From Minisyncoccota bacterium (GTDB taxonomy: Bacteria > Patescibacteriota > Minisyncoccia > Phycocordibacterales > UBA2100): a stretch of 64,000 bases of DNA. The notes beneath the pieces are model-generated. The model was not told the origin of the DNA, searched no databases, and worked only from the letters and a program-made list of their open reading frames with translations. The DNA lies in contig JAYWCB010000005.1 of NCBI GenBank assembly GCA_043780835.1, positions 22,280-86,279 of the forward strand, written 5' to 3'. Both the position numbers and the translations under genes were made by a program. The stretch's first letter is position 1, and every line of letters starts with the position of its first letter. Positions 10,070 through 19,472 of this stretch are shown in pieces.

Positions 10070-10257
10070 AGGATTGAGACGGTACTACAACATAGCAGAG
10101 CTATTTATGCAAGTTGTACTGCAAGGCCATTCGGCGTATCGTGCCCGCGGATCCGTGACAGGACCCTCTCATGCGGACTTCATCAAGTCTCACGTAGATT
10201 GCGCGCGGAGACGGTTCCACTCTAATTTATTTATTGATTTTTAATCGTATTGGCGCT

Positions 10258-12948
10258 ATGTCAGCATTCAGTTTCCACAAGAAAGGTTTTGCATTTTCAT
10301 CCTTGCAAACACTCGGCACTGCATTCGTTGCTCTTATTCTTTTTGGGTTCGCGATGATGCTTGTTTTACGCGCGGATCATAGTTTTGCATTACGTATTGG
10401 AGGCACCGGCGGAGCAGCGGGGCTTTTCTTGGCACATGCTGATGGTGGTGATGGCGGTGGAGGCGGCGACTCAGGCGGCGGCGGTGACTCCGGTGGTGGC
10501 GGCGGCGCTGGTGATGGAGGTGGCGGTGGCGGCGGCGGCGCTGGTGGAGGCGACTCAGGCGGCGGCGGTGACTCAGGCGGCGGCGGCGCAGGCGGTGGCG
10601 ATTCTGGCGGCGGCGGTGACTCCGGCGGAGGCGGCGGAAGTTCCGGTGACGGTGGTGGCAGCTCCGGCGATGGAGGAGGAGGCGGAGGAGGCGGTGGCGA
10701 TGGAGGAGGCGGTGGCTGCACATCAAACTGCACACCACCACCTGTCGCAGTTTCCTGTGCGATCACCGCTAATCCGACGCAGGTGCAATCGGGCGGTTCA
10801 ACCACACTCACGTGGACATCCAGCGGCGCAACATCTGCTGCGCTCTCCGGAATTGGCAGCGTGACGGTAAGCGGGTCACGCACGGTCGCGAACATTACTT
10901 CGAATCGTACGTTCGTACTTACGGTCGCAGGTCCGGGCGGTACAGCAACCTGCCAAACGGCGGTCACTGTTACGGTACCCCCACCTTCGTGCACACTCTC
11001 TGCAAATCCCACAACAATTGAAAACACCGGATTCTCCACGCTCTCGTGGTCATCATCAAACGGTGCGTCCGCTACACTCACCACGATCGGTTCAGTTCCG
11101 CTCACAGGTTCCGCAATAGTTACTCCTGCGGTTACAACCACATATACACTCACGGTCCTCGGGCAAAACGGACAAACAGTCACGTGCCAAACCATTGTTA
11201 CGGTGCGACCAGTACCGAATGCGCCGAGCTGCACACTCTCTGCAAATCCATCGTCCATTCAAAGCGGAGGCTCAACGGTCTTGAATTGGAGTTCTAGTAA
11301 TGCAGTTTCTGCATCGTTCAATCAAGGCATCGGATCGGTTGGAGTATCGGGGAGCCGTACAGAAAGTGCTATCACTTCAAATCGCACCTATGTGCTCACC
11401 GTCACCGGTTCAAACAGACAAACTGCTACATGCGAGGCGCCGGTAACCGTGACCACACCGAGCGCACCGAGCTGCACCATCTATGCAAATCCGACTGATG
11501 TGCAGAGCGGTGGCTCTTCTACACTCACCTGGACTTCAACCAATGGAACTTCAGCAACCATCAATCAGGGAATCGGATCAGTCTCACTGAACGGCTCATA
11601 TACAGTTTCAAACATCACGCAGAATAAAACATTCGTACTCACCGTCACCGGATCAAACGGTCAAACAGTGAATTGCGAAACACGTGTGGTTGTAACCCAA
11701 ATTCCAAATCCACCGGCATGCACGCTCACCGCGAATCCGACGCAGGTGCAATCGGGCGGTTCCACGAGTCTGGTCTGGACTTCCACCAACGCATCGAGCG
11801 CATCGTTCGATAACGGCATCGGCAGCGTGGGTGTAAATGGTTCGTATTCAGTCTCGAACATAACGTCAAATCGAACCTACACACTCACCGTCATGGGTTC
11901 CAACGGTCAGACTGCAACGTGTCAGACATCCATCGTCGTGACACAGATTCCAAGCGCACCGAGCTGCACGCTCAGTGCAAATCCGAACAACGTAAATTAC
12001 GGTGGCTCATCCACGCTCACCTGGTCGTCGAACAATGCGATTTCCGCGATGCTCGATAACGGAATCGGATCGGTCGGAGTAAACGGTTCGTACGTTGTTT
12101 CGAATGTCACATCAAATCGCACCTACTCGTTGACGGTCACCGGCTCGAACGGACAAACGGCAACATGTCAGGCGCCGATTGTGGTGCAACAGCAGAATGT
12201 AACGCCGAGCTGCACGATTTCTGCATCGCCGTATTCGATTACACAAGGTCAGTCAGTAACGCTCTACTGGTCTTCTACAAACGCATCGTCTGCATTCATT
12301 AATCCGAATGTCGGTACGGTGGGAACGGCAGGATCAATGCAGGTATTCCCGCAAGGCAACAGCACGTACACGCTCACGGTAATGGGAACCAACGGTCAGA
12401 CCGTGACGTGCCAAACATCGGTGGTCGTGCAAAACATTGTGAACCAAGTTCCGTACTGCACCATCTATGCAAACCCGACATCCGTGCAGCGTGGCCAGAG
12501 TGCGATGATCACGTGGACCTCGCAGAATGCACAAAGTGCACAACTCTCGAGTGTCGGATCAGTGGGAGTAAACGGATCGATGAATGTGACGCCGTATCAG
12601 CCAACCACGTATACGCTCACGGTGTGGAGCGCAACCGGTCAACAGGCAACATGCAGCGCATCCATCCAAATGAATCAGCCGCCGTACTTCCCGCCACCGA
12701 CGTATTACCCACCACAACCGCCCATCTACTACCCACCACAACCACCAACGATCTATCCTCCGATTCAGTATTACCCTCCGAACATTCCGATTTCGTACAT
12801 CCCGTACACGGGACAGGGAAGTCCGATCGGTAACATCGTGCTCTTCGGTCTCATCGTTGCGGCATCACTCAGCGGCGCCTATCTCTTGCTCTACTCACGC
12901 GGCGGAGCTCGCGAAATGCTCGCGCAAGCTGGACTGCTTCGCGCCTAA
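10258..12948 (+). CDS. large surface protein: Gly/Asp/Ser linker, eight Cys-paired Ig/PKD-like repeats, Pro/Tyr-rich stalk, IPYTG sorting signal
   Basis: Eight repeats of about 80 aa starting xCTLxANP..LxW; IPYTG (12799-12813) followed by TM helix and short tail; sortase gene adjacent. Confidence 0.85.
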   Translation: MSAFSFHKKGFAFSSLQTLGTAFVALILFGFAMMLVLRADHSFALRIGGTGGAAGLFLAHADGGDGGGGGDSGGGGDSGGGGGAGDGGGGGGGGAGGGDSGGGGDSGGGGAGGGDSGGGGDSGGGGGSSGDGGGSSGDGGGGGGGGGDGGGGGCTSNCTPPPVAVSCAITANPTQVQSGGSTTLTWTSSGATSAALSGIGSVTVSGSRTVANITSNRTFVLTVAGPGGTATCQTAVTVTVPPPSCTLSANPTTIENTGFSTLSWSSSNGASATLTTIGSVPLTGSAIVTPAVTTTYTLTVLGQNGQTVTCQTIVTVRPVPNAPSCTLSANPSSIQSGGSTVLNWSSSNAVSASFNQGIGSVGVSGSRTESAITSNRTYVLTVTGSNRQTATCEAPVTVTTPSAPSCTIYANPTDVQSGGSSTLTWTSTNGTSATINQGIGSVSLNGSYTVSNITQNKTFVLTVTGSNGQTVNCETRVVVTQIPNPPACTLTANPTQVQSGGSTSLVWTSTNASSASFDNGIGSVGVNGSYSVSNITSNRTYTLTVMGSNGQTATCQTSIVVTQIPSAPSCTLSANPNNVNYGGSSTLTWSSNNAISAMLDNGIGSVGVNGSYVVSNVTSNRTYSLTVTGSNGQTATCQAPIVVQQQNVTPSCTISASPYSITQGQSVTLYWSSTNASSAFINPNVGTVGTAGSMQVFPQGNSTYTLTVMGTNGQTVTCQTSVVVQNIVNQVPYCTIYANPTSVQRGQSAMITWTSQNAQSAQLSSVGSVGVNGSMNVTPYQPTTYTLTVWSATGQQATCSASIQMNQPPYFPPPTYYPPQPPIYYPPQPPTIYPPIQYYPPNIPISYIPYTGQGSPIGNIVLFGLIVAASLSGAYLLLYSRGGAREMLAQAGLLRA
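10441..10716 (+). repeat. low-complexity GGC/GGT tract encoding (GGGGDS)n-like linker
   Basis: Repeated ggcggcggcggtgactc-type units. Confidence 0.85.
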
Positions 12949-12968
12949 GTACCACACTCGTTCAGAGC

Positions 12969-12993
12969 CTGTGCAAGGTGTCACCTTGCACAG
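12969..12993. repeat. 25-bp palindromic (REP-like) element, copy 1
   Basis: CTGTGCAAGGTG-T-CACCTTGCACAG; identical copy at 63284-63308. Confidence 0.85.
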
Positions 12994-13019
12994 ACATAAT
13001 CAGGGTCTCTCGAATGGAC

Positions 13020-13048
13020 TTGACAAATGTGTCGTAATGGTCTATAAT
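13020..13048 (+). promoter_or_regulatory. consensus sigma70 promoter of the sortase gene (probably leaderless mRNA)
   Basis: TTGACA-17-TATAAT with ATG 6 nt downstream. Confidence 0.8.
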
Positions 13049-13054
13049 ACCGCT

Positions 13055-13762
13055 ATGAATACGGGTTCCAATCGAGATAATCGCCCACACAAACCACCGT
13101 TTGCCGTTTACTTTTCGGCGACGATTATTTTGTTTGTGCTTTCACTTTCTGTGGCTGATTCTCTCGGTCTCGTACCGGATTACATCGATGGTACGGAATC
13201 TGAGCATGTTGCAGTGCAGACAACAGCGAGCGACAATCTTCCAGTTTCAGATTTGCCTGAGCTTGGTCAAACACAATCGGCGGCTATCGATGAGACACCA
13301 GCTGCATCGCCAGCATCAAAAAACGCAAAACCGATCTCCATCATCATTCCGTCAATCGGCATGAATCTTCCCGTTCAAAACCCGAACACCCGCGATCTCG
13401 GTGTGCTCGATACGTTGTTGCAACACGGCCCAGCACGCTACGTAGATTCGGCTCACCTTGGTGAGCGCGGCAATGTGATTATTTTTGCGCACTCTTCGCA
13501 TCTGCCGGTCGTGCACAATCAAATGTACAAAGCATTCAACCGTGTGCCGGAACTTACGCAGGGCGACACTATTACTGTCGTTGGTGACGACGGACAGAAA
13601 TATCTGTATAGCGTAACCTCTGTTCGCAAAGCGGATGTGTCGGACGCAACCATCGATCTCTCACCGCGTGTCGGCACAAAGCTTACGCTCGTGACGTGCG
13701 ACACGCTTACGGGTAAAACCGCGCGCTTTATTCTTGAAGCCGACTTTATCGGAACTATCTAA
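13055..13762 (+). CDS. sortase
   Basis: N-terminal TM anchor; GNVIIFAHS (His), LTLVTC (Cys), TARF (Arg). Confidence 0.92.
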   Translation: MNTGSNRDNRPHKPPFAVYFSATIILFVLSLSVADSLGLVPDYIDGTESEHVAVQTTASDNLPVSDLPELGQTQSAAIDETPAASPASKNAKPISIIIPSIGMNLPVQNPNTRDLGVLDTLLQHGPARYVDSAHLGERGNVIIFAHSSHLPVVHNQMYKAFNRVPELTQGDTITVVGDDGQKYLYSVTSVRKADVSDATIDLSPRVGTKLTLVTCDTLTGKTARFILEADFIGTI

Positions 13763-13767
13763 TTCAT

Positions 13768-14412
13768 ATGAAAAATTTCCTTACACCATTTATTGTTTCG
13801 TTTATGCTCGCATTTCCGCAGATCACGCTCGCGATGTCATACGCGATGCCTGCGTATCAGCCGATATATTTCGAAGCGATCTCGCTCACCGGATGTCCGT
13901 ATCCGACGAGTGTGTCTGCTTTTACCGGTGAAAGCGCATTTACCGGGACCTCTGACGTAACGGGTGTGCCGTACACAACGGGCGTATCGTACGATACCGG
14001 AGATTCATATCGCGTCGGCGTCTCAGCTCGTACATCAGAAAGCTATCGCGTGGGCACGTCGTATTCGACAGGCTCATCGTATGCAACCGGTGCGTCTTCC
14101 GGACGTGTCGGATCATCGTATGCAACGGGCGAGAGTTATTCGACGGGGTATTCGCAACCGTCGAGCTATTCGGTACCGACAAGTTACTCAACAGCAACCA
14201 GTCATCCGAAACGATCTTCGTACAATCATACTCAGTATGCTGACTACAATGCACCGCACTTTTACAATGAATCGCCTACAACGGTGACTGACACCACAGG
14301 GTATTACTACGAAACCTATTATCCAGAAACCGCGCAATACGCATCGAATTCGAACTATGCGCCGACAACTCGATACGACGACGTGATGGGCGTGTACTAC
14401 CAGAGTTACTAA
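13768..14412 (+). CDS. secreted Ser/Thr/Tyr/Gly-rich hexapeptide-repeat protein
   Basis: Signal peptide; tandem xTGxSY-like repeats; begins 5 nt after the sortase stop. Confidence 0.75.
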   Translation: MKNFLTPFIVSFMLAFPQITLAMSYAMPAYQPIYFEAISLTGCPYPTSVSAFTGESAFTGTSDVTGVPYTTGVSYDTGDSYRVGVSARTSESYRVGTSYSTGSSYATGASSGRVGSSYATGESYSTGYSQPSSYSVPTSYSTATSHPKRSSYNHTQYADYNAPHFYNESPTTVTDTTGYYYETYYPETAQYASNSNYAPTTRYDDVMGVYYQSY

Positions 14413-14430
14413 TCTGATTCAGCTATAGAC

Positions 14431-14457
14431 AAAAAGACCGCGATGCGCGGTTTTTTT
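14431..14457 (+). terminator. intrinsic terminator
   Basis: AAAAAGACCGCG-ATG-CGCGGTTTTTTT. Confidence 0.75.
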
Positions 14458-14581
14458 GTTAGTAGCTTCATGATTTCCGCAGTAGGGAATCATTTGACAA
14501 ATCCGTCAAATGTGCTACATTAATTTTGGAGCATATCGCACCAGCCTCAAAGAGGTTCACCCAACGAAAAAGGACCAGCAG

Positions 14582-15544
14582 ATGTCCATTCAAGCATTCT
14601 CAAATCTTCTGACTCATCAGCCCCGCGTAACGAACGATGGTGACATTGTCTACTCAGGATTCAAGGCAGAGGACATGTTCCAAGAATACGGTCACAAGCT
14701 GCGCGATTGGCGCGATCGTGACCGGAAAACCAAGGAGCTCATCGGACCGCGGCGTCTCGTCACTGTCCTCGGAACCGAAGACGCCAACACGATCGCGAAG
14801 GGTTTCGAAGCGGTCGAGATAAAAGAGGGCGATGGAGAGTTGAAGATCAAAACTGCGGTGGAAGACAAGTCACGGTGGGCAACCTTCGGTGCGTATGCTG
14901 TTGACGGCGAAGGCAAACCCCTCCTGACGCCTGTGATGAAAGACGAACTATTCTTTTACGCGAAGATCATCACCGGGTTGGTACATACTCCGGTGCGGCA
15001 CGTCGATCCGCGCAGCGGCAAGACGTACACCAAATTGTGGACCGAGGATGATCTGACGGGTCTCATGCGTCGTCGCATGAACGTGTCGGAGCATGGGTTC
15101 CACACACTCGGCGGCGCCGATACGATCCGCAACAACGTCGGCGAGAGCGATCTCTCCGATCAGACGCAGGTGCTGTGGTCGAAGGCTTCGCGGAGCAAGA
15201 TCTTCGATACGAAGATCCCGCAGAGCCGTTGGCAGCTTGTGCGCATCTACCGCCATGGCGGCGAAGGTGCGGTGCAGGACACTGGTGTTCTGGTTCGCTA
15301 CAAAGGCCTCGGCGATACGCTGCAGATTATCGACGCGTCGAACGATCCGGTGGTTCGTGAGGCGTGGCGAATCGCCGAACAGGCTCGCATCGATCAGCAT
15401 CGTGCAAATATCAAGGCACGGGCACTTGCTCGAAAGCTGGCGAAGCAGAAAGGCGAAACGGTCGCAGAGGTCGTGGAAGCGGATGTCGACGAGGTGGTTC
15501 CTACCACCGAGGAGGTGTCCCTCGAAGAGACTGCTGCGGCGTAA
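14582..15544 (+). CDS. hypothetical cytoplasmic protein with acidic tail
   Basis: Long ORF with strong GC3 bias, AAGGA RBS, TTGACA at 14494, terminator at 15566-15603. Confidence 0.8.
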   Translation: MSIQAFSNLLTHQPRVTNDGDIVYSGFKAEDMFQEYGHKLRDWRDRDRKTKELIGPRRLVTVLGTEDANTIAKGFEAVEIKEGDGELKIKTAVEDKSRWATFGAYAVDGEGKPLLTPVMKDELFFYAKIITGLVHTPVRHVDPRSGKTYTKLWTEDDLTGLMRRRMNVSEHGFHTLGGADTIRNNVGESDLSDQTQVLWSKASRSKIFDTKIPQSRWQLVRIYRHGGEGAVQDTGVLVRYKGLGDTLQIIDASNDPVVREAWRIAEQARIDQHRANIKARALARKLAKQKGETVAEVVEADVDEVVPTTEEVSLEETAAA

Positions 15545-15565
15545 ATATAATCGATCGCGTTCTTT

Positions 15566-15603
15566 GAACCCCAGGGTGGCAACACCCCGGGGTTCTTTTT
15601 TTT
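15566..15603 (+). terminator. intrinsic terminator
   Basis: GAACCCCAGGGTG-GCAA-CACCCCGGGGTTC + T8. Confidence 0.8.
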
Positions 15604-15639
15604 CAAGAGCACGCGATGCACGATGGTACAATTTTCATA

Positions 15640-17490
15640 ATGATGGCGAGAAATCCGGAAACCGTACGACGGCAAAAAGAAAAGCCGACACCGATTGCAG
15701 ACGATGTTCGCGCTCGATGGAAAGACACGTGGCTTCGCGAGGGTGAATACATATTGGTGGATGAGCAGATGAACGAACTTGCTCGCGTTCCGTTCAACGA
15801 AACGAATTTGCGTCACTACAATTTAGGGCCTGAGAAAAATATTATCGTCGCCGAACAGAAGATTTTAGAACAAACAAACGAGCAGCGACGGGCGTTAGGA
15901 CTACGTGAGTTCCGAACGTTTGCCCAAATTGGACGTGGTGACACCGTTCGTTCCGTCACACCCACTGAATTGGAACCGGACACAACACTGCCACTGGATC
16001 CCGGCACGCTGTCCGAACCAGATGCGCCGTCGGTTCGCACGCGCCGCGCGCGCGGCATCAATCCCGCATCGCCGAATACATCGGCACAGAATCAGCCGAA
16101 TACGCCGTCGCAAACGCCACCCGCCTCACCGAACGCTGTGCCGAATACACCGCCTCAATCTCCGTCTGCCACACCAAACACTCCACGTCAGACGCCGCCG
16201 CAATCTCCACCGAACGCTCAGAATTCTCCGCCGCCCGTTCCCAACGCTCCGCTGGCAACTCCGACAATCCCGCCTGTTGTCCCCATAGCGCGGCGCGGCG
16301 GCGGCGGATTTACGTCGGGCTCTGGCACAATGAAGCCGATGGGTCTTGAATCTTTCTACAAACGTCGCGATAAAAGCGCCGAGATCGATCGTCAAAAGAC
16401 GATCGTCAATCCGGTAAGCGGCGAAGGTATGGACGCCCCGCCGGAGACGACCGTCGGCGAAATAATGGGGGACGCTGATCAGCAAAAACTGTTCGTAAAT
16501 ACGTTCCTTGCACGCGAGAACGAAAAATTTGCGAAAGAGTTTGCGAAGAAAAACGCAGACGGCAAGTTGCTCACTGCTGCCGAAGACAAGGAGCTCGAGC
16601 GTCTGCGAAAGAAATTCATCAAGGAAATGAGCGAGGTGCAGAGCGTGAAGGAGTACCTCACGCCCGAACACTTCAAGCGCATCGCAGAAGTTGACCCGCG
16701 CATCGCCGAGGTGGTGGGGAAGATAGGTCATGAAAAAGCCGAGGATCTCATGGAAGCGGAGCTCACGGAGCTTATGGTCACTGACCCGGCAAAGTTTCGA
16801 AAAATGCGCAATGCACTGAAGTCGTTCCACGACCTTGATCATTCGCCTCGCGTTGCCCGAGTCGAAGCGGACATCCGCAAATCGCAGGCTAAGATCGGCA
16901 TGTCAGAAGACGAGTTCCTTGCAGCGACGAAGCTCGGATCGCCGACTGCAGTCGAGAAACGCTTCCACGAACTTGCACACGAGCGCCTGCCGCTTCTTGG
17001 ACGCGCGCTCAACTTTGGCGGTTGGATCAACAAGCGCTCAGTACAGGAGCTCTCCAGGCACTACGCCTCGCAAGAGGCGATCATGCAGGATGCCGACAAG
17101 CATATGAAAGCGGTCGGATCTGTCCTGCAGGCAACACTCAATCCTGAGATGAGATTACGTATCCAGAAACTTGCGATGGAGGGTATTCTCGAAGAAAAAG
17201 TACCGGATACGATAAACACCATCGAGGACTATCGCGCGGTCAAACACGAGAATAGTCCCATGGCAATGCAGACCGCATTTGATGAGATAAAAGCCGCTGA
17301 AGCAGCTAAAAACCAGATCACCAACTGGGCCGACCCAACGAACGCCGCACGTCTGGATTCACTCAAAGACTCTTTTGCGAAATCGGCGTATGAGAAACAA
17401 AAGAAGCAGAAAACGTCGGGCCTCTATGCCATCCTGTTAAGGGTGCTATTCGGAAAGTCATCCGACGATATCAAGAATAAGCTCAAGTAG
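15640..17490 (+). CDS. hypothetical protein with Pro/Asn/Gln-rich linker and large helical domain
   Basis: ORF of about 616 aa; TACAAT 7 nt before ATG; PNTPxQ repeats at about 16060-16280. Confidence 0.8.
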   Translation: MMARNPETVRRQKEKPTPIADDVRARWKDTWLREGEYILVDEQMNELARVPFNETNLRHYNLGPEKNIIVAEQKILEQTNEQRRALGLREFRTFAQIGRGDTVRSVTPTELEPDTTLPLDPGTLSEPDAPSVRTRRARGINPASPNTSAQNQPNTPSQTPPASPNAVPNTPPQSPSATPNTPRQTPPQSPPNAQNSPPPVPNAPLATPTIPPVVPIARRGGGGFTSGSGTMKPMGLESFYKRRDKSAEIDRQKTIVNPVSGEGMDAPPETTVGEIMGDADQQKLFVNTFLARENEKFAKEFAKKNADGKLLTAAEDKELERLRKKFIKEMSEVQSVKEYLTPEHFKRIAEVDPRIAEVVGKIGHEKAEDLMEAELTELMVTDPAKFRKMRNALKSFHDLDHSPRVARVEADIRKSQAKIGMSEDEFLAATKLGSPTAVEKRFHELAHERLPLLGRALNFGGWINKRSVQELSRHYASQEAIMQDADKHMKAVGSVLQATLNPEMRLRIQKLAMEGILEEKVPDTINTIEDYRAVKHENSPMAMQTAFDEIKAAEAAKNQITNWADPTNAARLDSLKDSFAKSAYEKQKKQKTSGLYAILLRVLFGKSSDDIKNKLK

Positions 17491-17491
17491 T

Positions 17492-17743
17492 ATGACCAAC
17501 ACAGAACTTTTGGAACAGATGGAATCGGCACTGGAGAGCGGCGGAGAAGCTGCGCTCGAGCGTTACCTCATCGATAATTTCGAAAATCTACCCAAAGACA
17601 TACAGGGTAAGGTACTGGTTTCTTTCATGCGGGAAACGGTGGAGGGCGATGATGCGATACTTGAGATACAGGAGAAGGGGATTGCCGCCATCCAAGCAAT
17701 TGAAGCGCTTAAAGCAGAGATCACAAACGAGGGCTCTAAGTAA
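17492..17743 (+). CDS. small acidic helical hypothetical protein
   Basis: Starts 1 nt after the upstream stop; amphipathic helical composition. Confidence 0.7.
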   Translation: MTNTELLEQMESALESGGEAALERYLIDNFENLPKDIQGKVLVSFMRETVEGDDAILEIQEKGIAAIQAIEALKAEITNEGSK

Positions 17744-17765
17744 GGGTTTAAAAGCGGATCGACAC

Positions 17766-17794
17766 TTGACAAGTTGTATTTATTGGTCTACAAT
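17766..17794 (+). promoter_or_regulatory. sigma70 promoter
   Basis: TTGACA-17-TACAAT. Confidence 0.7.
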
Positions 17795-17860
17795 ACACCC
17801 AGTGTCCCGAATCGTAATGACCGGGATTCAATATCACAATCAAACAGCAAGGAGCTCTCG

Positions 17861-18313
17861 ATGAAAACGTTCAACATGGCCTTGGTTGGTGCGAGTGCAC
17901 TTTTGCTCGGCGCGTTCGTTCAAGTGAACGATGCGGCGGCGCAGTATCGCGGCAATCCGAACGGCGGAGTCGCAACGGGGGGAAGCATGGCAATTCAAAA
18001 TGGCGTTCCTCACGCATCCCAGCATTACGACAACAGCTGTCGTCGACTCGGTGGTCCATGGTGCCTTACGGGTCCTGGAAATCATGGCGGCGGCTACGGT
18101 AAGCAGTACGGAGGCGTTTATAGTCAACAATACGGCCATGGTCATAGAGTGCAACATGGACAGCGGATGGTGCTGATGAGTCGCGAAGTGCGGCACATCC
18201 GAATCGTTCGCACTCATCAGGAGAGAGGGTCGATGCAAGGGGGAACGAATTCATCGGGCAATATGTCCGGCGTCTCGCGCCCTTCGCTTCCCAGCGGTTG
18301 GTCATGGATGTAA
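17861..18313 (+). CDS. secreted Gly-rich hypothetical protein
   Basis: AAGGAG RBS; signal peptide ending AAA; Gly/Gln/Tyr/His-rich with one Cys pair. Confidence 0.7.
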   Translation: MKTFNMALVGASALLLGAFVQVNDAAAQYRGNPNGGVATGGSMAIQNGVPHASQHYDNSCRRLGGPWCLTGPGNHGGGYGKQYGGVYSQQYGHGHRVQHGQRMVLMSREVRHIRIVRTHQERGSMQGGTNSSGNMSGVSRPSLPSGWSWM

Positions 18314-18316
18314 TAC

Positions 18317-18532
18317 ATGGTACATGACGAAAAAAAACCCGGGAAAGCCGGTGATGGAGGTGAAAAGGTGTTGAAGGCAGTTGCCATCACGGTCGTGGTC
18401 ATCCTCGCTATAATCGGTCTCATATCGCTGGGAAACAACGACGTGCGTATACGAGACGGCGGAGTCAGAGTCGGTGGTAACCCCGCGTACGATCACCTGC
18501 CGCGCCTCCCACGCGGATGGCATTACGATTGA
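18317..18532 (+). CDS. small single-pass membrane protein
   Basis: One TM helix; terminator at 18549-18577. Confidence 0.65.
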   Translation: MVHDEKKPGKAGDGGEKVLKAVAITVVVILAIIGLISLGNNDVRIRDGGVRVGGNPAYDHLPRLPRGWHYD

Positions 18533-18659
18533 GTTCTTTCAAAAAAACAAAAAGGCGCCTCTGAACGGCGCCTTTTTCTTTATTGACAGATCGTAACAGA
18601 TATGATGTTATATCGCCAGCTCAATAATGGGTAAATCCGGCGAAAGATAGGAGACCATC

Positions 18660-19367
18660 TTGTCAAAACTCTATTCCTTACTCTACGCTGCAGTAATTGG
18701 GATCGTCGCGTTTCTCTTGATCGCGCTTTTTCTCCCGTATCAGGCGGAGTGGGGTCGCCGCGTATCGGCAAACTTCATTACGGGGCTGATGCCGGGGGTG
18801 ACGGATCCGTTCATTTCCTCATGGGCGCTTGCGGCTCTGGTGTTCACGCTCGTGTTCGCCGTCGCCGCACTCGTGCTGTTGATCGTGATCCGTCGGACAC
18901 ACGGGAATTCATTGCTCGCGATCTGCGCGTCGATGCTCAACGTGGGCCCGAGCATCTGGTTCGGTATTCACATGCATCGCGTGTTTATCGGTCCGCTCGA
19001 ATACGGCCCGATCAAATTGGCTGCGATCGCTCCGTCTGCGATCAACGTCTCATACTTTGTATGGACGATCGTATTGCCCGGAGTGGGGTACCTCGCACTC
19101 TGTATGCTAGCGCTTGTGATGCGTCCGCGAACATCGACTGTTCTGTTCATGTTCTCGGCCGTTGCGTCGATGGTTCCGATCGCTGAGATCGGATACGTCT
19201 GGCTTTCGTGGGCAGGGAGTTCGTCGTGGCAGCCGAATCTACTCCGGGACAACGCGATGATCGTGTGGTTCTGGGTGGAGTTCGTGGATGTGCTGATCCT
19301 TGCGACAGCTTACATGCTCGCTACGAGATCAGCAGTCGTCGAGCCGGGAGTGGCAGGCACCCACTAA
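18660..19367 (+). CDS. polytopic membrane hypothetical protein
   Basis: AGGAG RBS before TTG; about six hydrophobic segments; terminator at 19385-19410. Confidence 0.75.
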   Translation: MSKLYSLLYAAVIGIVAFLLIALFLPYQAEWGRRVSANFITGLMPGVTDPFISSWALAALVFTLVFAVAALVLLIVIRRTHGNSLLAICASMLNVGPSIWFGIHMHRVFIGPLEYGPIKLAAIAPSAINVSYFVWTIVLPGVGYLALCMLALVMRPRTSTVLFMFSAVASMVPIAEIGYVWLSWAGSSSWQPNLLRDNAMIVWFWVEFVDVLILATAYMLATRSAVVEPGVAGTH

Positions 19368-19472
19368 CGCTCTTCAGGAAATACAAGGCGGGCCCGTCAG
19401 GCCCGCCTTGACTTTTTATGTATTTTATGTATGGTTTGTGCAGGAAAAAACACCACGGGAAGGGTTTCCATC

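Noticed and set aside
10270-10310. Type IV prepilin cleavage site (KKG|FAFSS) in the large surface protein
   Set aside because: No Glu at +5 and no hydrophobic helix directly after the Phe; a Sec signal or anchor fits better
12857-13054. N-terminal extension of the sortase given in the ORF track
   Set aside because: It overlaps the upstream gene and contains the palindrome and the consensus promoter; ATG 13055 is the better start
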